A stretch of DNA of 64,000 nt from contig CAVWHO010000022.1 of assembly GCA_963754875.1 (NCBI GenBank), forward strand, positions 96,001 to 160,000, in the 5' to 3' direction. Origin of the DNA: Nitrospirota bacterium (GTDB lineage: Bacteria > Nitrospirota > UBA9217). Below are positions 50,860 to 60,855 of the stretch, piece after piece (positions within the stretch are counted from its first letter, which is position 1; every line of letters starts with the position of its first letter). The notes under the pieces are model-generated. The model saw only the letters and a list, made by a program, of their open reading frames with translations, searched no databases and was not told the DNA's origin. A program made the translations under genes and the position numbers.

Positions 50860-52449
50860 TCAGAGTGCCTCATACCGTGCATCAAATGCATCCTTACCCG
50901 GGTTTTTCTTAATCCCGTGATCACTGTTCGCACTTACGTGTTCCAGGATCTTGAATATTGTTTCACTGTTCTCTTCTGCTTTGATTCCCTGAGCAATTGC
51001 TTCAATTGAAAATGACATGCCCTTGTTCTTCCGCAAAAGATCCAATACCTCATTTTGTAGTTTGATGACCGTGCCGGCCATCTTCTTCCCAGCCTCGACT
51101 CCGGGTTGGTGGTAAGCATTGATGTTCACAAGAGTGGCATAAAAACCAACAGTCCGCTCGTACAGCGCAACGAGCGTCCCGATCGCCTGTGCGTCAAGCT
51201 TATCGATCGTGATCGTGAGGGACTCCCGGTAGTTTTCGTACAGGGCGTTTCGCGTTCCCTGCAGATAGGCGCTTAAATAATCCCCGCTCGTTACGCCAGG
51301 CTCGATGTCCAGAGACCTTGCCTCCCGGTCATGGAGCACTTCGATGAACGTTGCAAAGAAGTTGTTCACGCCCTCGCGGAGCTGTTGTACATAAGCATGT
51401 TGGTCCGTTGTCCCCTTGTTGCCGTACACTGCAATACCCTGGTTCACAACCCTGTTGTTCAGGTCCTTCCCTTTGCCGAGGGATTCCATAACTAGCTGCT
51501 GGAGATATTTCGGAAACAGCACCAGACGGTCTTTATAAGGAAGGATTACCATGTCTTTGGTCCCGCGACCATTTGTTGCATGAAACCAGGAAAGAGCCAG
51601 AAGGGCCGCAGGATTCGCTCTTGTCTCTTTTTTTCTCGTAACTTCATCGCACATCGCTGCCCCTTTAAGAAAATCTTGCATATTTATTCCCTGGAGGGAC
51701 ATCGGAAGGAGCCCGACAGCAGAAGTTATAGATGTTCTCCCACCTACCCAATCCCACATCGGAAATCTGGCCAACCAACAGTCTTTTTTAGCAATATCAT
51801 CTAGCGTGCTTCCCACTCCTGTAATAGCGACTGCATGTCGCTCAAATGACAAATTCGCTTTCTTGTAGGCTGCGGCGACTTCGAGCATTCCATTCCGGGT
51901 CTCTACCGTTCCTCCGCTTTTTGATATGACAATTGTGAGGGTGTCTACAAGATCATTCCCGACCTCCGCTAGCACGCGGTCGATCCCATCTGGATCGGTG
52001 TTGTCCAAAAAATGTGCCTTCATCTTATCTTTCGACGTACCAAGTGCATCAGCGATGAACTGCGGCCCGAGGGCGGAACCGCCAATCCCGATACTCAGAA
52101 AACGAGTAAAGCGGGCTCGCTTGCGCGGATAGATCTTTCCTGCGTGAACCGAGAACGTAAAATCCTTAATCGCCTGCAGGGTGTTCTCGATCTCTTTGCG
52201 AATATCAGGCGACGGCGCATGTTCCGGCGCCCTGAGCCAGTAGTGCCCTACCATTCGGTTCTCATCGGGATTGGCAATGGCGCCGGATTCGAGGGCGTTC
52301 ATGGCAGCGAAGGCCTTCTGGATTTCTGGCTCCAGGCGCGCAAAAAAGTCATCGGGAAAATTCATTCGACTGATATCAAGCGACAAGCCGGCTGAGGGGA
52401 TTGCGCAGTGATTTTTTTTGTAACGTTCCCAGAGAGATTTGCTGTTCAT
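50860..52449 (-). CDS. pgi: Glucose-6-phosphate isomerase
   Basis: [56 protein letters not shown]. Confidence 0.96.
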   Translation of the reverse strand: MNSKSLWERYKKNHCAIPSAGLSLDISRMNFPDDFFARLEPEIQKAFAAMNALESGAIANPDENRMVGHYWLRAPEHAPSPDIRKEIENTLQAIKDFTFSVHAGKIYPRKRARFTRFLSIGIGGSALGPQFIADALGTSKDKMKAHFLDNTDPDGIDRVLAEVGNDLVDTLTIVISKSGGTVETRNGMLEVAAAYKKANLSFERHAVAITGVGSTLDDIAKKDCWLARFPMWDWVGGRTSITSAVGLLPMSLQGINMQDFLKGAAMCDEVTRKKETRANPAALLALSWFHATNGRGTKDMVILPYKDRLVLFPKYLQQLVMESLGKGKDLNNRVVNQGIAVYGNKGTTDQHAYVQQLREGVNNFFATFIEVLHDREARSLDIEPGVTSGDYLSAYLQGTRNALYENYRESLTITIDKLDAQAIGTLVALYERTVGFYATLVNINAYHQPGVEAGKKMAGTVIKLQNEVLDLLRKNKGMSFSIEAIAQGIKAEENSETIFKILEHVSANSDHGIKKNPGKDAFDARYEAL

Positions 52450-52524
52450 TGTTTGTGTACCTCTAAGATAGGGATAGGAACGAATGACCGAATAGGATGA
52501 ATCAATTCCGTCCACAGGATTTAC

Positions 52525-52653
52525 CTGCGGCTGCTGAAAAAGTCATGCAATGGTTCAACGGGCGTCACGGGTGGATTAAAGCAACAGTTTGGGAAAAATT
52601 CGCCCTTTCGGCCTGGCTGGTCGAGAGTGGCCGGAGCTTTTTCCGCCGCGCAG
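52525..52653. mobile_element. Possible degenerate MITE
   Basis: Imperfect terminal inverted repeats CTGCGGCTGCTGAAAAAG ... CTTTTTCCGCCGCGCAG around about 95 non-coding bases. Confidence 0.4.
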
Positions 52654-52659
52654 CCGACA

Positions 52660-52905
52660 TCATTCTTCTTTTCCGTACACTGCCCGTATCCTTTTCCCGA
52701 GCTCCCGAAGGGCCTCGGAAAATGTCTTTCCCTGGTCCATGAGCTCACGAACGACCTCTGCCTTGCTTAAGGACGCGATCACCTCATCATTCTCGTCCAC
52801 GATCTCGCAGGCGTTTTCACCCTTTTCGAGCTGCTCGCGGATGCAGGTCTCGAGCTGTTCAGGAGAATACTTGTCTACAATTTTTTTTAAATCCTGGGTT
52901 TTCAT
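52660..52905 (-). CDS. Hypothetical helical protein (81 aa)
   Basis: Coding-like ORF MKTQDLKK...SKAEVVRELMDQG..FSEALRELGKRIR; no function recognised. Confidence 0.7.
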   Translation of the reverse strand: MKTQDLKKIVDKYSPEQLETCIREQLEKGENACEIVDENDEVIASLSKAEVVRELMDQGKTFSEALRELGKRIRAVYGKEE

Positions 52906-53057
52906 TGTGGGGACCGAAAACAATAAAAACATTTTATCATAAAATCCTCTTGATATGAACGCTATTTTTTCACTTTTATTCTTCTGTCCGCGATGACGCG
53001 TTCGCTTTTGAGAAAAAGGTGTTTTTTACTCAGGCTGCTTTATGGTAATATACGCTC

Positions 53058-54428
53058 ATGTATGAGCAGGACACTATATGCGCAGTATCTACGCCCCTGG
53101 GTGAGGGTGGGATCGGGCTCATCCGTGTGAGCGGTACGGACGCGATCACCATGGTAACGAATGTTTTCAGGCCGCACAAAAAGAATCTATTCCGATCCGC
53201 TGCCACGCATACTCTGCATTACGGCCACATCATTGATCCGGCGACCGGGCAAATCATTGACGAGACGCTTGTGACGATAATGCGCGCACCTGCAACATAT
53301 ACCCGTGAGGACATCGTGGAGATAAACTGCCACGGCGGCATGATGCCTCTCGCTCGGACCATGTCACTCCTTATCGCAGCCGGCGCGAGACAGGCGGAAC
53401 CGGGCGAGTTCACGAAACGGGCCTTTCTGAACGGCAGGTTAGACCTGGCCCAGGCAGAAGCCGTGATGGACATTATCAGCTCCAAGACCGATGTCGCACA
53501 CCGCGCCGCCAATGAGCAGCTCCTTGGCGGTCTTTCAAAGGAAATTGCGGAACTACGCGACAGGCTCGTATCGCTGCTCGCATCGATCGAAGCGGGCATC
53601 GACTTTCCAGAAGAAGACATCGAAACCGAGACCGGCCAATCACTTCAGAGTGAAGTTAGGCAAGTGCGGGCACAGGTGGACGATCTCCTGTCGAGCTACA
53701 CTTATGGAAAGATTCTTCGTGAAGGGTTTGCCACAGCAATCGTAGGCAGGCCCAATGTCGGCAAGTCTTCGTTGTTAAACGCATTCCTTAAGCAAGACCG
53801 GGCGATCGTTACCGAAGTACCGGGTACAACGCGGGACGTGCTCGAAGAATACGTAAATGTCATGGGTATTCCGCTCAGGATCCTTGACACTGCCGGCATC
53901 AGGCATTCACATGACGTGGTGGAACAGGAAGGAGTGCGTAGAAGCCTTAAAGCCATCGAATCCGCTGATTTGATACTTCTCGTTCTTGACGGATCGCAGT
54001 CGCTCACGCCCGAAGATGATCGGGTGATCGAGGAAATACGCGGAAAGAACGCTATCGCAGTCATCAACAAATCTGATTTACCGAGACAGCTCGGCGCAAC
54101 AGATTGGCCAAAAGTACACATAAACGTATCCTGCCGGACGAGGGATGGCTTCGAGGATCTCAGACGAGCGATAGCTGACATGGTCCGAAGCGGGGCGGTC
54201 GCACCAAAGGAGCATGCCTGGGCAGTAAACCAGCGGCACAAGACCGCGCTGGAACAGACTAAGACAAGCTTGGAAAAGACCCTGATATCGATCGAGGAAG
54301 ACCTTTCACTGGAGTTCATCGCCCTGGATCTGCGCGATGCCCTGGACAGCCTGGGGATAATTATCGGCGCGACGTACACGGACGACATTCTCGAACGGAT
54401 CTTCAGCGAATTCTGTATCGGAAAATAG
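53058..54428 (+). CDS. mnmE: tRNA modification GTPase MnmE
   Basis: DTICAVSTP.G.GG, HGG, GRPNVGKSS, GTTRD, DTAG, NKSD, FCIGK. Confidence 0.98.
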   Translation: MYEQDTICAVSTPLGEGGIGLIRVSGTDAITMVTNVFRPHKKNLFRSAATHTLHYGHIIDPATGQIIDETLVTIMRAPATYTREDIVEINCHGGMMPLARTMSLLIAAGARQAEPGEFTKRAFLNGRLDLAQAEAVMDIISSKTDVAHRAANEQLLGGLSKEIAELRDRLVSLLASIEAGIDFPEEDIETETGQSLQSEVRQVRAQVDDLLSSYTYGKILREGFATAIVGRPNVGKSSLLNAFLKQDRAIVTEVPGTTRDVLEEYVNVMGIPLRILDTAGIRHSHDVVEQEGVRRSLKAIESADLILLVLDGSQSLTPEDDRVIEEIRGKNAIAVINKSDLPRQLGATDWPKVHINVSCRTRDGFEDLRRAIADMVRSGAVAPKEHAWAVNQRHKTALEQTKTSLEKTLISIEEDLSLEFIALDLRDALDSLGIIIGATYTDDILERIFSEFCIGK

Positions 54429-54584
54429 TATAACAATACGAATATTTGAAGTTTGCCACAGTCATGGCGGCCGAGAAGAGAAAATTCAAATGAGGATGAT
54501 GCCGGAAAATGAATTCCTGTTGCCTTTTCTTGAACTTCTTTCCGTGCCCCCGTGTCTCTATGGCAATGCTTCTGGAGTTGCCTG

Positions 54585-56462
54585 ATGTCTTTGGATAAAA
54601 AATACGACGTCATCGTCATCGGCGCAGGACACGCAGGTTGTGAAGCTGCGCTTGCTTCCGCGCGTATGGGCTGCGACACGCTCATGCTCACCATGAACCT
54701 GGACAGCATTGCTCTCATGTCCTGCAATCCCGCCATCGGCGGCCTTGCTAAAGGTCATCTGGTAAAGGAGATCGACGCACTTGGCGGCGAGATGGCGAAG
54801 ATCATCGACCGCACCGGCATCCAGTTCCGGATCTTGAACAGGAGCAAAGGGCCGGCAGTACACGGTACGAGAGCCCAGGCAGACAAGCAGCGGTACCGGC
54901 TCGCGATGAAAGAATCGGTAGAAAAACAACTGCGTCTTGATGTGAAGCAGGGGCTCGTTGAAAAGATTCTCGTGGAAGACAACACGATTACGGGAGTGGA
55001 AACGAACATCGGCGTTCTCTATCGTTCTTCAGCGGTGATCGTCACGACCGGAACGTTCCTGAAAGGGCTCATCCACATCGGGCTCGTTCATTATCCGTCA
55101 GGCAGGGCAGGGGAGTTTCCATCAAACGGACTTTCGGACAACCTCAGGGAGCTTGGATTCGAGCTCGGCAGGCTCAAGACCGGAACGCCTGCACGGTTAA
55201 ATGGAAGAACTATTGATTTTAAGAAAATGAAGATACAGCCTGGTGATGATCCGGCACCGTTTTTCTCTTTTTCTGAAAAAGAGCACGCACTCCCACAAGT
55301 ACCCTGTTATCTCTCTTATACGAATGGAGACACTCATAATATTATTCGCAATAATCTCAATCGCTCCCCACTTTATGCCGGAGTGATAAAAGGTGTTGGT
55401 CCGCGGTATTGTCCGTCGATTGAAGATAAGGTGATGCGTTTTTCTGATCGGGAGCGGCACCAAGTGTTTCTTGAGCCGGAGGGGCTTGACACCGAAGAGT
55501 ACTATGCAAATGGCCTGTCCACGAGCTTGCCTTACGATGTCCAGACAGAGATATACCGCTCGATCCCGGGACTCGAAGATGTCGAGATCATGCGTCCTGC
55601 TTATGCTATTGAGTATGACTTCGCGCCGCCTACGCAGATCCGGCACGCGCTCGAAACAAAAAAAATCTCCGGCCTCTACTTCGCAGGGCAGATCAACGGG
55701 ACCTCGGGGTATGAGGAAGCAGCAGCACAGGGCCTCATGGCCGGGATCAATGCTGCGCTGAAAATTCAGAAGCGGGAACCGCTCATTCTCTCGCGCTCCG
55801 AGGCATATATTGGAGTGCTGATCGATGACCTGGTAACACGAGGAACGAGCGAGCCCTATCGCATGTTCACGTCACGGGCAGAGTACCGGCTCATCCTGCG
55901 CGAGGACAATGCGGACATCCGACTCCGACAGAAGGGACGGGGCATCGGACTCGTATCAGAGGACGCCTATCGGCAATTTCTCGAAAAGAGAGAGAGCATT
56001 GCTGGCGAGGTCCATCGGCTCAAGAAAGTCTGGATCAAGCAAACGCCGGAAGTAGATGCGTTGCTCATCGAACGTGGATCGACAACGCTTTCGGGAGAGG
56101 CTTCGCTCGAGCAGCTTTTAAAGCGGCCCGAAATTGAGTATGGTGACATAGTAAAAATCAGCCCTCCCGAGGAACCGCTCAAAAGCGACGCAGCCGAGCA
56201 AGTCGAAATCCAGGTAAAGTACGAAGGCTATATCCAGCGTCAATTGCAGCAAGTTGACCGTTTTGCCGCGCTCGAACACAAAGACCTCCCCACAGACATG
56301 GACTACGATGCTGTCATCGGGCTCGGCAGCGAGGTGAAACAAAAGCTGAAGCAAGTTCGGCCGATCTCCCTCGGCCAGGCATCGCGCATATCCGGTGTGA
56401 CGCCGGCGGCGATCTCTCTCCTCATGGTTGCCCTCGAAAAAAAGAAGCGGGGAAAGGCATAG
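54585..56462 (+). CDS. mnmG: tRNA uridine 5-carboxymethylaminomethyl modification enzyme MnmG (GidA)
   Basis: GAGHAGCEAA, SCNPAIGG, RLKTGTP, GPRYCPSIEDK, GQINGTSGYEEAA. Confidence 0.98.
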   Translation: MSLDKKYDVIVIGAGHAGCEAALASARMGCDTLMLTMNLDSIALMSCNPAIGGLAKGHLVKEIDALGGEMAKIIDRTGIQFRILNRSKGPAVHGTRAQADKQRYRLAMKESVEKQLRLDVKQGLVEKILVEDNTITGVETNIGVLYRSSAVIVTTGTFLKGLIHIGLVHYPSGRAGEFPSNGLSDNLRELGFELGRLKTGTPARLNGRTIDFKKMKIQPGDDPAPFFSFSEKEHALPQVPCYLSYTNGDTHNIIRNNLNRSPLYAGVIKGVGPRYCPSIEDKVMRFSDRERHQVFLEPEGLDTEEYYANGLSTSLPYDVQTEIYRSIPGLEDVEIMRPAYAIEYDFAPPTQIRHALETKKISGLYFAGQINGTSGYEEAAAQGLMAGINAALKIQKREPLILSRSEAYIGVLIDDLVTRGTSEPYRMFTSRAEYRLILREDNADIRLRQKGRGIGLVSEDAYRQFLEKRESIAGEVHRLKKVWIKQTPEVDALLIERGSTTLSGEASLEQLLKRPEIEYGDIVKISPPEEPLKSDAAEQVEIQVKYEGYIQRQLQQVDRFAALEHKDLPTDMDYDAVIGLGSEVKQKLKQVRPISLGQASRISGVTPAAISLLMVALEKKKRGKA

Positions 56463-56528
56463 GAGTGGGGATATCGGATTGCGTATTCGGATTGTGAGAC
56501 TTCTAATCTTCACGAACGAGGAGACGAC

Positions 56529-57176
56529 GTGACTCCGAGAGAACTGCTTACTTCCGGTGCAGCAGAACTTGGCTTCGCTCTTTCAACGGAGCAGGCCAAC
56601 TCGATATTCATTTTTTTGACCGAGCTCAAAAAATGGAACCAAAAGATCAATCTTACCGCCATACGGGATGAACGCGATATCGTGATCAAGCATGTTCTTG
56701 ATTCTCTTTCTTATATAAAAGGCTTTTCGCCTTCGATCGGGCTCAAGCTTCTGGATATGGGGTCAGGCGCCGGCTTTCCCGCAATTCCGATCAAACTCGT
56801 GCGGCCGGAGATCACGGTCACTATGGTGGAATCGGTCAAAAAGAAAGCCTCATTCCTGAGACACATCATAAGAACATTGAAGCTTACTGGAATCGAGGTC
56901 CAGGACAAAAGAACCGATGAGCTCCCCGATTCATTTCATAGTTCGTATGATGCAGTTACTGCCCGGGCCTTTGCCGACATGAACATGGCCATTGCTGCGG
57001 GCCTGCCATTTCTTAAACAGGGGGGCCTCATGGTCCTGAGTCGGGGGCCCGAGGAGAATATCGATAGGCAGCAGCTGGCAAAGTACGGGATCGAACAGGA
57101 GAAAAGGATCGATCTCATGCTCCCGTTTTCGGATTATAAGAGGGCGATCTGGATATTGAAACGTGCAATATTATGA
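56529..57176 (+). CDS. rsmG: 16S rRNA m7G527 methyltransferase RsmG (GidB)
   Basis: WNQKINLTAI, H.LDS, DMGSGAGFP, VTARA. Confidence 0.96.
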   Translation: MTPRELLTSGAAELGFALSTEQANSIFIFLTELKKWNQKINLTAIRDERDIVIKHVLDSLSYIKGFSPSIGLKLLDMGSGAGFPAIPIKLVRPEITVTMVESVKKKASFLRHIIRTLKLTGIEVQDKRTDELPDSFHSSYDAVTARAFADMNMAIAAGLPFLKQGGLMVLSRGPEENIDRQQLAKYGIEQEKRIDLMLPFSDYKRAIWILKRAIL

Positions 57177-57192
57177 TGTTCCACGTGGAACA
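57177..57192. promoter_or_regulatory. parS centromere-like site 1
   Basis: Perfect TGTTCCACGTGGAACA, palindrome extends 57175-57194. Confidence 0.95.
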
Positions 57193-57324
57193 TCGGGTTG
57201 GGGATTTGAAAATATCATATGTCTCCAGGGGGATACTAAGTCACCGAGAAAACCACTGATGCGGTTTTTTTCAGCTGGTTTTGCATCTATTTACACTTTA
57301 AGGTAAGAGAACTAATAATTAATT

Positions 57325-58392
57325 ATGTTAGAACAGGCACTTAAGATACCGATCGAGTGGCGGGAACTGGCGGAAGAGATCTATGACCAGCAGGGACCGG
57401 TTCTCGTGTTGGGAGCTCAGGGATCAGGAAAGACCACGTTCTGTCTCTATTTTACCGGTCTCCTTTGCCGCCGCAACAAGCGGGTCGCATGGATCGACGT
57501 CGATCCTGGCCAGCCATTCATAGGGCCACCAAGTACCATCTCGCTCACGCTATATGCTGAAGCATCCGACCTCCTCAGGCGAAAGAACCCCATGATCATG
57601 AGCTTTATCGGGAATACATCGCCGGTTGGCCGCTTGCTCGAAATGATCTCTGGACTTCAAAAGCTGATAGCTCAGGCACAAGCACAAAAACCCGACCTGA
57701 TCCTTATCAATACCTGCGGTCTTGTGAACGGCGGGGCAGCACGTGAACTTAAGTACCATGAGATCGATATGATCTCGCCCCAGCACGTCATTGCACTGCA
57801 GCAGGGTACCGAGGTCGAACATCTTCTTGCGCCCCATTCCCATCGTGCCGGTTTATTGATCCACCGCATCCCCTTATCTCCCGATGCCCGGGTCTCGACT
57901 GCTGAGGCGAGGCGCTCATTCCGCGAGCAACGGTTCAAGGAGTATTTCCGCGGCGCGGATTTCCAGGAAATCGCTCTCCATGACGTGGGTGTGCACGGAC
58001 CCGGCCTGGGAACCGGAGAACGGCTCGGATTTCGGGATGTTAACAAGCTTTCTAAGATTCTCCAGGCAATAGTGGTCCATGCCGAGCTTTCTGCTGACCG
58101 CATCTTTGTCATCGTAGAAGGAGAGTATGCAGAATCCGAACTCTTTACTGCTAAAGAGCAGTATGGTGTACGCGAAGTCATGGTTCTGAAACGGTCTGAA
58201 CTGGACCACCTGATCGTCGGGCTTAATGACGACCAGAACCTTTGCCTTGGTCTCGGGATCCTCCGCACCATTGACCTTAAGGAACTGACCCTCAGGGTGA
58301 TTACTCCCTTAAAAGATGTTTCGGCTGTCCGTCATTTATCTCTCGGTTCCCTCCGGGTAAGCCCGGCAGGCGGGGAGCTTGGACAAGTTTAG
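57325..58392 (+). CDS. Clp1/Grc3/Nol9-family polynucleotide 5'-hydroxyl kinase
   Basis: Walker A GAQGSGKTT, DVDPGQPFIGPP, F.G..SP, INTCG clasp, RRSFREQRFKEYF lid, C-terminal CLGLGIL...ITP. Confidence 0.85.
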   Translation: MLEQALKIPIEWRELAEEIYDQQGPVLVLGAQGSGKTTFCLYFTGLLCRRNKRVAWIDVDPGQPFIGPPSTISLTLYAEASDLLRRKNPMIMSFIGNTSPVGRLLEMISGLQKLIAQAQAQKPDLILINTCGLVNGGAARELKYHEIDMISPQHVIALQQGTEVEHLLAPHSHRAGLLIHRIPLSPDARVSTAEARRSFREQRFKEYFRGADFQEIALHDVGVHGPGLGTGERLGFRDVNKLSKILQAIVVHAELSADRIFVIVEGEYAESELFTAKEQYGVREVMVLKRSELDHLIVGLNDDQNLCLGLGILRTIDLKELTLRVITPLKDVSAVRHLSLGSLRVSPAGGELGQV

Positions 58393-58396
58393 TTCA

Positions 58397-58412
58397 CGTT
58401 CCACGTGGAACA
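58397..58412. promoter_or_regulatory. parS centromere-like site 2
   Basis: CGTTCCACGTGGAACA (1 mismatch), palindrome extends 58392-58417. Confidence 0.9.
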
Positions 58413-58555
58413 TGAACCTGGGATCGGGATGCCGCATATCGGAGCGGTGACCGAGGTTCCTCGGCCATTAACCATGTTTTCCCTTCCTTTTATTATTACC
58501 TTATGGTAAAGTATTCCGGTTCTCAACCGGCAGCGTCGGAGGGCGGAAAGAAATA

Positions 58556-59332
58556 ATGGGCAGGGTCATTGCAATCGCTAACCAAAAGGGCGGGGTGGGT
58601 AAAACCACGACAACCGTGAACATTGCCGCCTCGCTTGCCGCAGCGGAAAAGAAGGTGCTTCTTATCGACTCCGACCCCCAGGGCAACTCAACCAGCGGCA
58701 TGGGTATTGACCGGAATGATATCAATGGAAGCACCTATGATCTGTTTACCGGGAAGAAATCGCTCAAGGACATAAAAAAATCGACCCATTTCCCCTGGCT
58801 CGATGTGGTTCCGGCAAAAATCGATCTCGTCGGCGTTGAGGTGGAACTCATCCAGATGATCGCCCGCGAGCGCGTATTGAAAAAGGCACTCGTAACGGCA
58901 AAGGACGATTACGATTACATCTTCATTGACTGCCCGCCGTCGCTCGGCCTCCTTACGGTGAATGCGCTCACTGCAGCCGACGGAGTAATCATCCCGGTGC
59001 AATGCGAGTATTACGCGCTCGAAGGTCTCTCGGCGCTCATGAACACAATTAAACTGATCAAGCAGGACCTGAATCCCGAACTTGCCATTGAAGGCGTGCT
59101 CCTCACCATGTACGACAGCAGGAACAACCTGGCCGACCAGGTCGCACGTGAAGTGCGAAAATATTTCGGAAACAAAGTATACACTACCATTATTCACCGG
59201 AACGTTGCCCTCTCCGAAGCGCCGAGCCACGGCAAGCCGGTGCTGCTCTATGACATCCGCTCCCGCGGAGCGCAAAGCTACCTGGAACTTGCGAAGGAGG
59301 TCATCAGTAATGCAAAAACAGGCGCTCGGTAA
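58556..59332 (+). CDS. parA: Chromosome partitioning ATPase ParA/Soj
   Basis: [44 protein letters not shown]. Confidence 0.97.
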   Translation: MGRVIAIANQKGGVGKTTTTVNIAASLAAAEKKVLLIDSDPQGNSTSGMGIDRNDINGSTYDLFTGKKSLKDIKKSTHFPWLDVVPAKIDLVGVEVELIQMIARERVLKKALVTAKDDYDYIFIDCPPSLGLLTVNALTAADGVIIPVQCEYYALEGLSALMNTIKLIKQDLNPELAIEGVLLTMYDSRNNLADQVAREVRKYFGNKVYTTIIHRNVALSEAPSHGKPVLLYDIRSRGAQSYLELAKEVISNAKTGAR

Positions 59333-60156
59333 AGGTCTCGGCGCGCTCATTCCCGATTTGTCCGCACTCGATGACAACGAGAAGAAAGCGCTCGGAATCC
59401 TTGAGCTCGCTCTGGACAAGATCGTCCCGAACGAGTATCAGCCGCGCAAGATCTTCAACGATGATAAGCTGCAGGAGCTTGCCGCTTCGATCAAAGAGCA
59501 GGGTGTGATCCAGCCCATCATCGTGCATCGGGCAGGCAGCGGCTTCCAATTGATTGCCGGAGAACGGCGGTGGCGCGCATCGCGTCTCGCCGGGCTGAAG
59601 ACCATCCCCGCACTTGTAAAAGAAGCGACCAAGCGCGAGCTCCTCGAAATGGCGCTGATAGAAAACATCCAGCGCGAAGACCTGAACCCTCTCGAAGCAG
59701 CCGAGGCGTACAAGCGGTTGCAGGACGAGTTTAAGCTGACCCAGGAAGATCTTGCCAAGCGGGTCGGAAAAGAACGCTCGACCGTCACGAACTTTCTTCG
59801 CCTGCTCGGTCTGCCGAAAGAGGTCAAGCATGATCTCGCGACCGGCACCCTGAGTATGGGCCATGCCAAGGCACTATTGTCCCTCGACCGTGTACGCGAC
59901 CAGCTCCAGGTATCAGCTTTGATCGTGAAAAAGGGTCTCTCGGTGCGAGAGTCCGAAGGTGCTCGCCTCGCGGCTCAAGAACCCGCCGAAAGAGAGGAAA
60001 GCGCGGCAGCACCAGGAGCTGAAAGCGGTGGAAGAAAAACTCAGGAAAGCGCTCGGCACCAAGGTAAGCATCACGTCAAAATCGAAGGGCGGCAGGATCG
60101 TGATTGAGTACTACTCTCCGGAGGAGTTGGACCGGATCCTAGAGAAAATCGGATAA
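59310..60156 (+). CDS. parB: Chromosome partitioning protein ParB/Spo0J (one +1 frameshift near 59958)
   Basis: [35 protein letters not shown]-terminal LRKALGTKV...GRIVIEY in another frame, span is 3n+1. Confidence 0.92.
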
Positions 60157-60287
60157 ACAATCAACTCATTCACAATAAATACACAAAGGAACGATCTCGA
60201 TATAAAGATACAGACTCGATGAGTGCTTTGTATCTTGGTGACGTCGTGGTTAAAGCATTTTGAGTTTTTTTCGAGGAGGATGTACTC

Positions 60288-60683
60288 ATGTTAAAGAAAG
60301 GTTCAGGATCGCCGGAACAGTCTGAGATCACAGCGTTCCTCGGTAAGGGCACAGAGTTCAAGGGTGTGCTCAGTTTCGAAGGCACTATCCGCGTTGACGG
60401 CAAAGTTGAAGGGGAGGTCGTCTCAAAAGACACTTTGATCGTCGGTGACGGCGCGCTACTGCAGGGCGAGATCACCGTCGGAACGCTCATATCGAGCGGC
60501 AAGGTCGTTGGTAATATCAACGCGGCCCAGAAAGTGCATGTCATTGCTCCCGCCAGAATCGAGGGCAACATCAAGACGCCCAAGCTCATCATCGAAGAGG
60601 GTGTGACCTTTAACGGAAAGTGCGAAATGCCGGGTGAGGCGAAGGGCCTTGAACAGAAGGTCGTATCGCTGACGGACCGGTAA
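60288..60683 (+). CDS. Bactofilin (polymer-forming cytoskeletal protein)
   Basis: LGKGTEFKG.LSF.G.IRVDG.VEG...IEEGVTFNGKCEM beta-helix pattern. Confidence 0.93.
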   Translation: MLKKGSGSPEQSEITAFLGKGTEFKGVLSFEGTIRVDGKVEGEVVSKDTLIVGDGALLQGEITVGTLISSGKVVGNINAAQKVHVIAPARIEGNIKTPKLIIEEGVTFNGKCEMPGEAKGLEQKVVSLTDR

Positions 60684-60855
60684 CCCTATCGAATATTCAT
60701 CGAGCTTGAAAAAAACGACACCAGTGTAACGGGAAGGGAAGGGGCAAAAGAAGCACCCGCCCTCTGATTCATTCGCCCTTTCTGCGCCTTCTCATGTTCT
60801 CCCTATCTCCTGTTTTTCGCCGCCGGAATCACAGGAACACACTAACGAGACAACT

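Noticed and set aside
52930..53057. oriC near mnmE/mnmG
   Set aside because: No cluster of DnaA boxes (TTATCCACA) seen here or in the adjacent gaps, and no dnaA in the window
59940..59975. Programmed frameshift in parB or in the sensor kinase
   Set aside because: No slippery sequence or homopolymer tract at the breaks; all are +1 insertions, best explained as sequencing error
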